Part shown: positions 1 through 7,598 of the stretch, piece by piece | Position numbering within the stretch: position 1 is the stretch's first letter | Layout: the number at the start of each line of letters is the position of its first letter | DNA from: Armatimonadota bacterium | GTDB lineage: Bacteria > Armatimonadota > UBA5829 > DTLH01 | Assembly (NCBI GenBank): GCA_039680575.1 | Contig: JBDKSP010000006.1 | Coordinates: 1 to 14,431 of the forward strand | Reading direction: 5' to 3' | DNA: 14,431 bases | Made by a program: the position numbers and the translations under genes | The notes under the pieces: model-generated | Told to the model about the DNA's origin: nothing | Seen by the model: the letters and a program-made list of their open reading frames with translations, nothing else | Database searches by the model: none

Positions 1-68
1 AAATCACCGCATTCCGCCATCTTTACTGCTTCGGTTTTGAACTCATTGCTATACTGTTTTCGTTTCAA
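1..68 (-). CDS. IS3-family transposase OrfA (HTH_Tnp_1), N-terminal fragment truncated by window edge
   Basis: Manual translation from TTG at 68 gives MKRKQYSNEFKTEAVKMAECGD..., matching the R/K-x-Y-S-x-E-F-K-x-E-A-V start of IS3 OrfA. GGAGG lies 6 nt upstream. Not in the ORF track. Confidence 0.8.
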   Translation of the reverse strand, partial: MKRKQYSNEFKTEAVKMAECGD

Positions 69-127
69 CTGACACCTCCACTAGATTATACTGCTAACTT
101 GGTGTCCGTTTAACAAAGTACAGTCCA
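1..127 (-). mobile_element. Left end of an IS3-family insertion sequence (continues beyond window start)
   Basis: Minus strand reads 5'-TGGACTGTACTTTGTTAAACGGACACC... from 127, resembling an IS3-family terminal IR (TG start, GGACA core). It is followed by TATAAT (90-85), a GGAGG RBS (79-75) and an OrfA-like reading frame. Confidence 0.8.
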
Positions 128-238
128 ATAGTTTACAGAATGCTCGCTTACTACAATATATCATGTATTTTTAGTTCTGCAATAGGCAAGTAAGAGTTCA
201 CTGTTGATGAGTATAACATCATGCTGAACTACCGCAAC

Positions 239-365
239 GTCATGCTGAGCTTGACTCAGCATCCAGGAAGAAAATGGACCCTGAATCTATGGATTTTCGG
301 CCATAGCCGAAAATCTTCCGGGGAGAGTTTCAGGTAATACCTGAAACTCCTTAGTTCAGGGTGAC
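239..365. repeat. Inverted REP-like doublet (REPIN/BIME-like), second unit interrupted by an insertion
   Basis: Unit 1 (239-265) is GTCA-TGCTGAG-CTTGA-CTCAGCA-TCCA. Unit 2, reconstructed from 275-289 + 354-365 and reverse-complemented, is GTCA-CCCTGAA-CTAGA-TTCAGGG-TCCA: same layout, inverted, 9-nt spacer. A partial extra copy (ATCATGCTGAACT) lies at 218-230. Confidence 0.75.
290..351 (-). mobile_element. Two-hairpin MITE-like element, copy 1 (short loops), flanked by TA/TA
   Basis: GATTTTCGGC(292-301)-cata-GCCGAAAATC(306-315), 9-nt linker, GAGTTTCAGG(325-334)-taata-CCTGAAACTC(340-349). TA at 288-289 and 352-353. Removing the element plus one TA restores the host hairpin ACCCTGAA-tctag-TTCAGGGT. 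Confidence 0.75.
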
Positions 366-471
366 GTGTTGGTTATTCAGGGTGACGTGCTTCCATCCAT
401 GATGACGTGCTGGTTGTTCAAGGGTGATGTCCTTCCATCTGTGGTGATGTGTTGGTTGTGCAATTTGATGT
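355..471. repeat. Degenerate ~21-bp tandem repeat (alternating A/B units) derived from the REP end
   Basis: ttcagggtgacgtgttggtta / ttcagggtgacgtgcttcca / tccatgatgacgtgctggttg / ttcaagggtgatgtccttcca / tctgtggtgatgtgttggttg / partial. Identity decays with distance from the REP. Confidence 0.75.
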
Positions 472-599
472 AAGATCTCTCATTAAGAGTGAACTGTTAC
501 CTTCTTCGCGTTTTTTCACCCTTCTGTGATAAAATCCAGATAGATCACCGTTACTTCAGCGCATGCGCCGGAGAAAATAATGCGCCGTTTTTCCCACAA

Positions 600-630
600 G
601 TTAACAGACATCGACCCTGATGCGTCTAAT
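600..630 (+). promoter_or_regulatory. Putative ECF-type (autoregulatory) promoter
   Basis: GTTAAC-N17-CGTCTAAT directly before ATGATG at 631/634. AAC and CGTC are the typical ECF -35 and -10 cores. Confidence 0.5.
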
Positions 631-1236
631 ATGATGAAAGAGATGTTACCGGGCAGCTTAGTAAGTGCTGAGGCAAGCGCGATTGTCTCGGACCAAAACA
701 AATTGTTAGCGGCGGCGCAGCTTGGCGATTCTGATGCGTTCGGAGTACTGTTCGAACAGACAAAAAACGCAGTATATTCGTTCGTACTGAGATCGGTCGG
801 ATCAAAAGAGGATGCCGAAGATATCGTCCAAGAGGTCTATTGCCGGGCTTGGAGGTCGATCAACCGGTTCAGAGGCGATTCGAAACTCCTGACATGGCTC
901 TGCCGGATAGCTGCCAACCTGTGCATAGACCATTCGAGGTCGAAGCACAGAAGATCTTATACGGAAACTGAGACCGAAATCGATCTTGAGCAGATGGAAT
1001 TGACTCCACACCCAGACCAGAACATCGAGACCGGAAGTATCAACAGGTATATGATCAACGAGGCGCTGCAGAAAATCACTCCGGCCTGCAGGATGCTCGT
1101 TGTTTTATGCGATGTTCAGGGGTTCACCTGCAGCGAAGCTGCGGAGATAATCGGGTGCTCTCCAGTGAGCGCAAGAGTCAGACTGAGCCGGACCAGAAGA
1201 AAGCTGCGAAACCTGTTGCAGGATGAGGCGCTGTAA
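631..1236 (+). CDS. ECF (group 4) RNA polymerase sigma factor; start uncertain (ORF open from 580; 631, 634 or 643 more likely)
   Basis: Region 2 motifs GDSDAFGVLF, DAEDIVQEVYCRAW, FRGDSKLLTWLCRIAANLCID and region 4 HTH EAAEIIGCSPVSARVRLSRTRRKLR. No region 3. Confidence 0.95.
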   Translation: MMKEMLPGSLVSAEASAIVSDQNKLLAAAQLGDSDAFGVLFEQTKNAVYSFVLRSVGSKEDAEDIVQEVYCRAWRSINRFRGDSKLLTWLCRIAANLCIDHSRSKHRRSYTETETEIDLEQMELTPHPDQNIETGSINRYMINEALQKITPACRMLVVLCDVQGFTCSEAAEIIGCSPVSARVRLSRTRRKLRNLLQDEAL

Positions 1237-1237
1237 G

Positions 1238-1978
1238 ATGAGTATAAAATGCTATCTCGTGGCGTTGTGGCTGTCGGCGGCATCGGACGGCGCAGCGCTT
1301 CCACGGCTGATCGGAAAACATATTGACGGCTGCGAGCGGTGCCGGAAAGAAGCGGCAGCGTATAAACGCCTTAATACTGCACTGCTGGACGGCATCGCAA
1401 GCGATGAAAAGTGCGAACTCACCTGGGCGGAGATAAAGGCAAGCGCAGCTTTCAATAAGAACGAAGCCGTCAGACCGCGCCTGCCGCTCATTCTTAGCGC
1501 TTCGGCAGCATGCGTCCTGCTGGTCGCGATTATCGGGACCTGGATGCTGTGTCAGCCGAAGAATGAGGCTAAAATCGCCTGGATTCCCCTGGTCACTACA
1601 CCTGAAGTCAACGCGGACCAGGACAAACCTCAACAGATCGCATTACCTCAGCAGGAAAAACCGCGTCCGGCAAGCAAGCCTGCAGTTCAACCTGCCCACA
1701 AGCCAGAACGGGCTGCAGTTAAGCAGATTATCAAGCCCAGGCGCACCGTTGTGGCTGAGATCAAGAAAGAAAAACCTGTTAAGAACATAGTTCCACAAAA
1801 AGAAGAAGTCGCGGAAGCTCCGAATGATACGCAACCCGCGACTGCCAATGTAATTACCAGTAACGATGAAGAGCATGTGATCGGCGTTATGCGCACGACT
1901 TCGGAAGTTACTAATAATGATGACTTATACACTCCCGGTCAGGGAGACCAGCCGCGGTTCGTACTGGTAGATCTGTAA
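1238..1978 (+). CDS. Membrane-anchored zinc-binding anti-sigma factor (ZAS/zf-HC2) with Pro/Lys-rich extracytoplasmic tail
   Basis: C-x22-HIDGCERC (HxxxCxxC), one hydrophobic segment LILSASAACVLLVAIIGTWML, then a low-complexity P/K/E tail. Starts 1 nt after the sigma stop with GAGG upstream (alternative start 1223). Confidence 0.85.
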   Translation: MSIKCYLVALWLSAASDGAALPRLIGKHIDGCERCRKEAAAYKRLNTALLDGIASDEKCELTWAEIKASAAFNKNEAVRPRLPLILSASAACVLLVAIIGTWMLCQPKNEAKIAWIPLVTTPEVNADQDKPQQIALPQQEKPRPASKPAVQPAHKPERAAVKQIIKPRRTVVAEIKKEKPVKNIVPQKEEVAEAPNDTQPATANVITSNDEEHVIGVMRTTSEVTNNDDLYTPGQGDQPRFVLVDL

Positions 1979-2001
1979 TAACAAGGGGTGCTGCAGATAA
2001 A

Positions 2002-3495
2002 ATGAAGCTCAGATTTTTCATTCTGGCGTTGATCTCTATATGGCTTGCCGCGCCGCTCGGAGCGACGACCATGCAGGATCTGAGCAACGACATAACGGCA
2101 CTCATAAGGCATGCCGGATCCGCAGTAGTCGAAATACATTCCGTCCAAAAGGTATACGCCTCCAGTACAGACACATCGAATGCTGCCAAGGAACCGGTCG
2201 GACTCAAAAAACGGATCGGCTCCGGCTTCGTTATCAGCGCAGACGGCTCTGTCATGACCACAGGAAGCGTCGTAAACGGCGCGGATGCCATCAGCGTCAG
2301 ATTCACGGACGGCACGGCAATAGACGGGAAGTTAATGGGGATCGATCCGCTGACTGATATAGCAGTCGTTAAGGTCAAAGGGTCCGGTCTCAAGTTCCTG
2401 GAACTGGGAGACTCGAACGCACTGGCTCCCGGTATGCTTGTCCTCAGCATCAATAACCAGTCAGGGATGATCAACTCCGCCTCACTTGGGATGATATCCG
2501 GCGTCAGCAGGCGAATGGGGCTCAGCGCATCCGGCCTGCTCCAGATATCCGGAACGGTGGGCCCCGGTGCAAGCGGCGGCCCGGTGCTCGACTGCAAAGG
2601 AAAAGTAGTCGGCGTAACAGTGGCGATGATGGCTCCTTCCGCGACATTTCTTTGGTCCAAACTTCCGGACGACATTAAGACTGAGCTGGTGGAGCACGAA
2701 TGGGCAATGCTCGACCTGATGAACCGGCTGGGCTTCAAGATGCGGACGAGCAGTGATACGGTAGTCGATATAGAAAACCTGCTAAACGACCTGACAAATG
2801 TCTCCGGGAGCAGCGGGTTTGCTATCCCGATAGACAAGGTCAAACCGGTTATCGAGGATATGAAAGCCGGAAGACCAGTCAAAAGGAGCCGCCTGGGAGT
2901 ATCGGTTGCCGATAGAGACGGAGAGCTTGTTCTGGTTCCTCTAAAAGACGGTCCTGCGGCTACGGCGGGGATACAACCCGGCGATGTGTTCGTGAATGCC
3001 GATGGGAAGACCTTCAGGACCGCTGGTGAGTTTTCGGATTATATTTTGAACCTTGCGCCCGGAGATGTGGTAACCCTCGCAGTCAAACGGGGGAAAGAAA
3101 CAAAACTCATCAAAGTCAAGCTGGGCGAACGCGCGCTGGACACCCCTCAGCCAACTGTAAGCAAAAACAATAGAATTACCATCAGCTCATCCGGTTCCGG
3201 GACGGTCGGTGTGACCGCCCTTACGCTGGAGACTGCAACCGGGGCTGTAGCTGTCGCCAGGTCAGGCAATAGGATTGCACTCGATATCAAAAAATCGACC
3301 TTCAAAGACGTCGCACTGGCTCTTACGAAAGCGACCGACAGGAAAATTACGATTACGAACCCGAATAAGTTGAACAGAGTGCTCACCCTCAAAATCGAGC
3401 AGACAACCTTTGAACAGGCGCTTGAGGCCACCTGCAAAGCTGCGGGATGCACTTACCGTGTTGCTAAAGGAGCGTATGTCATTATCTCTAAATAG
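2002..3495 (+). CDS. Secreted HtrA/DegP-like trypsin domain + PDZ + C-terminal STN/secretin-N0-like domain; catalytic His apparently absent
   Basis: Signal peptide; GSGFVIS, TDIAVVKV, PGASGGP, GFAIP; PDZ (SRLGVSV...GPAATAGIQPGDV); C-terminal IALDIKKSTFKDVALAL...LTLKIEQTTFEQALEATCKAAGCTYRV. Confidence 0.9.
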   Translation: MKLRFFILALISIWLAAPLGATTMQDLSNDITALIRHAGSAVVEIHSVQKVYASSTDTSNAAKEPVGLKKRIGSGFVISADGSVMTTGSVVNGADAISVRFTDGTAIDGKLMGIDPLTDIAVVKVKGSGLKFLELGDSNALAPGMLVLSINNQSGMINSASLGMISGVSRRMGLSASGLLQISGTVGPGASGGPVLDCKGKVVGVTVAMMAPSATFLWSKLPDDIKTELVEHEWAMLDLMNRLGFKMRTSSDTVVDIENLLNDLTNVSGSSGFAIPIDKVKPVIEDMKAGRPVKRSRLGVSVADRDGELVLVPLKDGPAATAGIQPGDVFVNADGKTFRTAGEFSDYILNLAPGDVVTLAVKRGKETKLIKVKLGERALDTPQPTVSKNNRITISSSGSGTVGVTALTLETATGAVAVARSGNRIALDIKKSTFKDVALALTKATDRKITITNPNKLNRVLTLKIEQTTFEQALEATCKAAGCTYRVAKGAYVIISK

Positions 3496-3552
3496 CACCT
3501 CCTTTCATTTTTTGTGCTCTCCGGCTGCCCGTTTTCGACCTACCTCACAAAT

Positions 3553-4983
3553 CTACTGCATTACATACTCAACGGTTACAACTTCGCTGTTTGTCCATCC
3601 TGTCTTGAATGCTTTGGCCTTTATTGTCATACTCTGACTTACAGTGATAGGTCCTGTATGCTCAGTACTACTTTCTGTAGGGTCTGTTCCATCTGTGGTA
3701 TAGCGGATAGTTGTACCATCCCCAATCACACATGAGATTATAATCAATTGGCTCCCTGTATAATTACCACCCGCCGGGTTCATTGTCGGGGACGGTAGTT
3801 TCAAGGTATATGTTGCCGACTTTACCAGGCTTGATTTATGATCCGGAGAATATGCTCTGGCTTTTAATGTCATAGAGCTATCTACAGTTATCGGGCCTGC
3901 GTACTCAGTGCTGGTTGTAGTAGGATTGGTTCCGTCGGTGGTATAGCGAATTGTTGATCCACTGGTCACACAAGTGATCGTTACGGCCTGATTGCTGGTA
4001 TATGTGCCTTCAGCGAGGCTGAATGCAGGAGTAGAGGTAGTAGGCGGATATACATTGTAATTTTCTCCTGTTATGTCGAATACATCTCCTGTATTGGCAT
4101 CAACATATACTGTTGCGTAGCCTGCTTCATCTCCGTCAAGTCCTGCATTCACTGCTTGTTCATACATCTGAATAGTGTAGTTTGGTAATACGCTTGCGAT
4201 TAGCTCAATTCTATAAGCAAGTTTATATTCACCTTGTTCGGTTTTGGTGATCCACACGCCTCTATTTTTGTAAAGGATCACTGTCTGAATATTCAATGGA
4301 TCATCAGGATCATCAACTAATTCATTTCTGGCATAGCTAATTGCTGCTTGTTCTGCTATTGATGGTGTAACCGAATAACTTGTAGATAAGCTTGGAATGC
4401 CCATAAACTCAGCCTCACAGCTTACCACAATGCCTCTCCAGGCATCTACACTACAGCGGATATTGTTTTGATCGTTCCAAACACCGTTCGAAAGCCTTTG
4501 AAAGTAATACATTCCCGGAATTTCCGGGTAAGCATTCTGCATATTCAAGGCATCACATTCAGGATATTTCGAGCTAATGAACGAACGTACTATGCCGTTT
4601 AATTCTTCTGCTGGTAGCATTGTTTGGATGTTGCTCGGATTACTTTCGTCTTTCCGAGACGCCCGGGACTTGGCAAAATCAATCCACCAAAGGATTTTGC
4701 CGGTGTTGCAATCTACATCAAATTGCTGGTTGTTATCTGGTGTTTTAAATGCGTACTTCTTAATCCCCTTATCTTCCTTGATAATGTTTATGCCTCTTAA
4801 ATCCAATTGAAGATTCGGATCTCCCGCCCAATCTCTGGCTTTTTGCACTGCTTGCTCTAAAGTCACAGTAAATGACATTGTATTAGGATCATATGGAATT
4901 ATCCAACTTGGTGTTTCTGCAATCACCTTGATGCTGAGCATAAGAAATAACAATGCCAAGCATACTGTAGTATCTCTTTTCAA
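3553..4983 (-). CDS. Secreted protein with PepSY-like repeats and two C-terminal chitobiase-C/Fn3-associated domains
   Basis: TTG start at 4983 after GAGGAG; signal peptide; PepSY-like motifs (TLEQAVQKA, VDCNTGKI, VDAWRGIV, VDANTGDV); two repeats with GTY/GNY...IRYTTDGT(N/D)PT...GPITV...T(L/I)KA(R/K)A. Visibly AT-richer than its neighbours. Confidence 0.8.
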   Translation of the reverse strand: MKRDTTVCLALLFLMLSIKVIAETPSWIIPYDPNTMSFTVTLEQAVQKARDWAGDPNLQLDLRGINIIKEDKGIKKYAFKTPDNNQQFDVDCNTGKILWWIDFAKSRASRKDESNPSNIQTMLPAEELNGIVRSFISSKYPECDALNMQNAYPEIPGMYYFQRLSNGVWNDQNNIRCSVDAWRGIVVSCEAEFMGIPSLSTSYSVTPSIAEQAAISYARNELVDDPDDPLNIQTVILYKNRGVWITKTEQGEYKLAYRIELIASVLPNYTIQMYEQAVNAGLDGDEAGYATVYVDANTGDVFDITGENYNVYPPTTSTPAFSLAEGTYTSNQAVTITCVTSGSTIRYTTDGTNPTTTSTEYAGPITVDSSMTLKARAYSPDHKSSLVKSATYTLKLPSPTMNPAGGNYTGSQLIIISCVIGDGTTIRYTTDGTDPTESSTEHTGPITVSQSMTIKAKAFKTGWTNSEVVTVEYVMQ

Positions 4984-5222
4984 CTTATACACTCCTCTTC
5001 TCTTAGCTCGGATAATTTGTGATAAGAGTAACAGGAGCACACTCTGTCGAAGTAGTTGGTGATTAAACAGACTACAAAATGAAGGATGCTCCTGATGAAT
5101 AATACTGCACTTGACCTGGTTTTTCCTGCTGTTGGCGGCAGAAGCAAGCAGGGGAACCGAATCAAGGAGATAAAGCTGGACTTATCGAGTGTCAGGACGA
5201 GTTGCCACACCTTTCTTGCCAA

Positions 5223-5252
5223 TTGACATCCCTCCTTCATAGAACCTATAAT
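5223..5252 (+). promoter_or_regulatory. Consensus sigma70 promoter for the dehydrogenase operon
   Basis: TTGACA (5223-5228) - 18 nt - TATAAT (5247-5252), about 60 nt upstream of the ATG at 5314. Confidence 0.8.
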
Positions 5253-5313
5253 GCAGCTGTTAACGCAGGCTCGGCAGCCTTGGATTCAGCGTCGAAACGG
5301 AGGAATTAAGGTT

Positions 5314-6237
5314 ATGAAAGTAAGTATAATCGGCGGAGGTGGCCGGGTCGGATCAAACGCGGCGTTCACGCTCCAGCTTGGCGGACTGGTCCGCGAGATG
5401 GCGCTCGTGGATGTGGCGCTTGACCAAGCGAAGGGTGAAGCTCTCGATCTCAGACATGGGACATCGCTCGTCGCAGCGCAAAAGATTTACGCAGGCGGCT
5501 CCGAAGCCATAGACGGCTCGGATATCGTAGTTATTACCGCCGGCCTCAGAAGAAAGCCGGATGAGAGCCGGTTGGAACTGATGAACCGCAATGCCGGTCT
5601 CTTCCGTTCGATATTATCTGACGTTAAGAGCGCAAAGCTCCCTGACGGCGCGATAATCGTGGTCGTATCTAACCCTGTAGATATAATGACGCAGCTTGCC
5701 GTCGATACCGGAATCGTCCCGGCGAACAGGGTAATCGGCCTTGGGACGCTGCTCGATACCACACGCTTCAGATCGCTTCTGGCTGAGTATTTCAATGTTG
5801 CCCCGAAAGACGTAAATGCATTGATCCTTGGAGAACATGGGGATACTATGGTGCCGGTCTGGAGTTCCGCTGCGATAGGAAGTGTGCCGATTTCCGCGTT
5901 TCCCGGTTATGACGAGGAAAAGGTAAAAGCCGTGTTCGACTTTACGAACAAGAGCGGCGCGGAAGTCATCAGGCTGAAAGGCGGAGCAGGCTATGCGGTC
6001 GGGCTCGCGATACGCGAGCTGGTACATGCCATAATCCGTGATGAGCAGGCAGTGCTTCCGGTATCGACTCATCAGACCGGTGCGCTAGGCATAGAGGGCG
6101 TCTGCCTGTCGCTGCCTACGGTCATAGGACGAACAGGTGTTAAGGAAGTCGTAAGTATCGCGGTCAATGATACGGAACTGAAGGGTATAAAGAACTGCGC
6201 GGCTACACTTAAGGAAAGGCTGTCGCAGCTCGCGTAA
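5314..6237 (+). CDS. Lactate/malate dehydrogenase family protein (Arg at the specificity position, malate-type)
   Basis: GGGGRVG nucleotide-binding loop, ITAGLRRKPDESRLEL, VVSNPVD, GTLLDTTRFR, LGEHGD. GGAGG RBS at 5299-5303 supports the 5314 start rather than 5251. Confidence 0.93.
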   Translation: MKVSIIGGGGRVGSNAAFTLQLGGLVREMALVDVALDQAKGEALDLRHGTSLVAAQKIYAGGSEAIDGSDIVVITAGLRRKPDESRLELMNRNAGLFRSILSDVKSAKLPDGAIIVVVSNPVDIMTQLAVDTGIVPANRVIGLGTLLDTTRFRSLLAEYFNVAPKDVNALILGEHGDTMVPVWSSAAIGSVPISAFPGYDEEKVKAVFDFTNKSGAEVIRLKGGAGYAVGLAIRELVHAIIRDEQAVLPVSTHQTGALGIEGVCLSLPTVIGRTGVKEVVSIAVNDTELKGIKNCAATLKERLSQLA

Positions 6238-6259
6238 CTTCATATCCGGGAGGGATCAT

Positions 6260-6916
6260 ATGAAGATTCAGTGGCTTGGTCACAGCGCATTTCTTATTAC
6301 ATCCGATGCGGGTGTTCGAATTGTCACGGACCCTTACCAGCCGGGCAGTTTCAACGGCGGGTTAAGGTATGCACCGCTCAATAAGCCGGTAGATGTGGTT
6401 ACTATCTCACACGATCATGCCGACCACAACTACGTTCATATGGTGGCAGGCAAGCCGATTGTCATCAAAGTCGCAGGTATGTACATGGCGTCCGGCATAG
6501 AGTTCAACGGCGTGCAGACGATGCACGATACTTCATCCGGATCCGAGCGCGGCAGGAACACAGTCTTCACCTTTACCGTAGATGATATAAAGATATGCCA
6601 TATGGGCGATCTTGGGCATGTGCTGAGTTCCGATCAAGCCGCAGAGATCGGAGCCGTGGATGTGCTGCTTGTGCCGGTCGGCGGATATTATACTATCGGT
6701 CCGAAAGAAGCCCATCAGGTAGCAAACCAACTCGCCGCCAAGATCGTAATTCCGATGCATTACAAGACGGAAAAGGTGGATTTCCCGATAGTCGGGGTTG
6801 ATGAGTTTGTTAAAGGTATGCCGAACGTGACCCGGCTGGATTCCAGCATACTTGAGATCAGAAAGGAAGACGTGCCCGAGGAGAGACGGATCATCGTCCT
6901 GAAGCACGCACTGTAA
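6260..6916 (+). CDS. MBL-fold metallo-hydrolase (Lactamase_B_3/UlaG-like)
   Basis: WLGHSAF, TDPY, SHDHADHN, HMGDLGH, PVGG, IPMHY motifs; GGGAGG RBS. Confidence 0.92.
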   Translation: MKIQWLGHSAFLITSDAGVRIVTDPYQPGSFNGGLRYAPLNKPVDVVTISHDHADHNYVHMVAGKPIVIKVAGMYMASGIEFNGVQTMHDTSSGSERGRNTVFTFTVDDIKICHMGDLGHVLSSDQAAEIGAVDVLLVPVGGYYTIGPKEAHQVANQLAAKIVIPMHYKTEKVDFPIVGVDEFVKGMPNVTRLDSSILEIRKEDVPEERRIIVLKHAL

Positions 6917-6920
6917 GAAA

Positions 6921-7049
6921 TTGGCGGACCAAGCGGCGCGGATACTTGAGCAGGTCAGAATCAAGGCCGTGGAATTCAAGCGTCCACTGTTCGACAAAGA
7001 AATTATGTGCATCTATTTCAAGACCAGCGGGACAGTCGGAAAAAGTTGA
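6921..7049 (+). pseudogene. Possible relic of a homocitrate synthase (NifV-like) C-terminus
   Basis: Manual translation (L)ADQAARILEQVRIKAVEFKRPLFDKEIMCIYFKTSGTVGKS*. The VR..AV..KRPLFDKE.M..Y segment resembles NifV C-termini as recalled. No RBS and no upstream catalytic domain. Confidence 0.45.
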
Positions 7050-7070
7050 TTTTCCAGAAAGGTTAACCAA

Positions 7071-7577
7071 ATGAGACTGAGAAACGAAGAGCAGAGCGAG
7101 CTCGTATTCAACAGAATTCTTGCCGAGGTGAAGGGCTTCGGGCTGGATGTAGTCGATCAGGACTTCAAACGCCCGTGGGGAGGGTTCCTCCGGTTCGATG
7201 AAGAGTCACTGGGCGCATTTTTCCAGGCTTACTGGCAAGGAGTCGATACAGGCGCGGAAGTAGGGCGGCGGGACCCAAAAGTCCTCGTGGTCGCGCCAGC
7301 TCAGAGGCTATCCCTTCAATCGCATCATCGCCGCTCCGAGCTTTGGCGGATACTCGATGGCCCCGTGCTCGTCCAGCACGGCCCGGACAGGGACCACCTG
7401 ACATCGGATGTCCTGCTCCCGGGTGATGTGATCCATCTCCCCTGCGGACATCTCCATAGATTGGCTGCATCCCTCACGACCTGGGGCAGAGTTGCCGAGA
7501 TATGGATGCATGAGGACGCCGATAACCCCTCGGACGAAAGTGATATAGTTCGCATTCAGGACGATTATTCCAGATAG
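7071..7577 (+). CDS. Cupin, mannose-6-phosphate isomerase type II C-terminal-like
   Basis: RPWGGF, KVLVVAPAQRLSLQSHHRRSELW, HRL, DESDIVRIQDDYSR. Confidence 0.85.
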   Translation: MRLRNEEQSELVFNRILAEVKGFGLDVVDQDFKRPWGGFLRFDEESLGAFFQAYWQGVDTGAEVGRRDPKVLVVAPAQRLSLQSHHRRSELWRILDGPVLVQHGPDRDHLTSDVLLPGDVIHLPCGHLHRLAASLTTWGRVAEIWMHEDADNPSDESDIVRIQDDYSR

Positions 7578-7598
7578 AAAGCAGTAACAGGAAGCAGT

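Noticed and set aside
290..351. Two-hairpin element as integron attC site or tRNA
   Set aside because: No RYYYAAC/GTTRRRY ends, no integrase or cassette array, and no tRNA cloverleaf, T-loop or CCA.
355..471. Possible CRISPR array
   Set aside because: Units are ~21 bp, contiguous and degenerate, with no unique spacers and no cas genes in the window.
1911..2882. 323-aa antisense ORF, and other long shadow ORFs such as 9545-10261, 10012-10635 and 11381-11863
   Set aside because: They lie opposite well-supported genes and carry no motifs; typical antisense shadows.
4980..5240. 86-aa minus-strand ORF with an apparent AAGGAGG RBS before TTG
   Set aside because: The RBS-like sequence is the spacer of the consensus plus-strand promoter and the product has no recognisable features. 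It cannot be excluded, but is unsupported.
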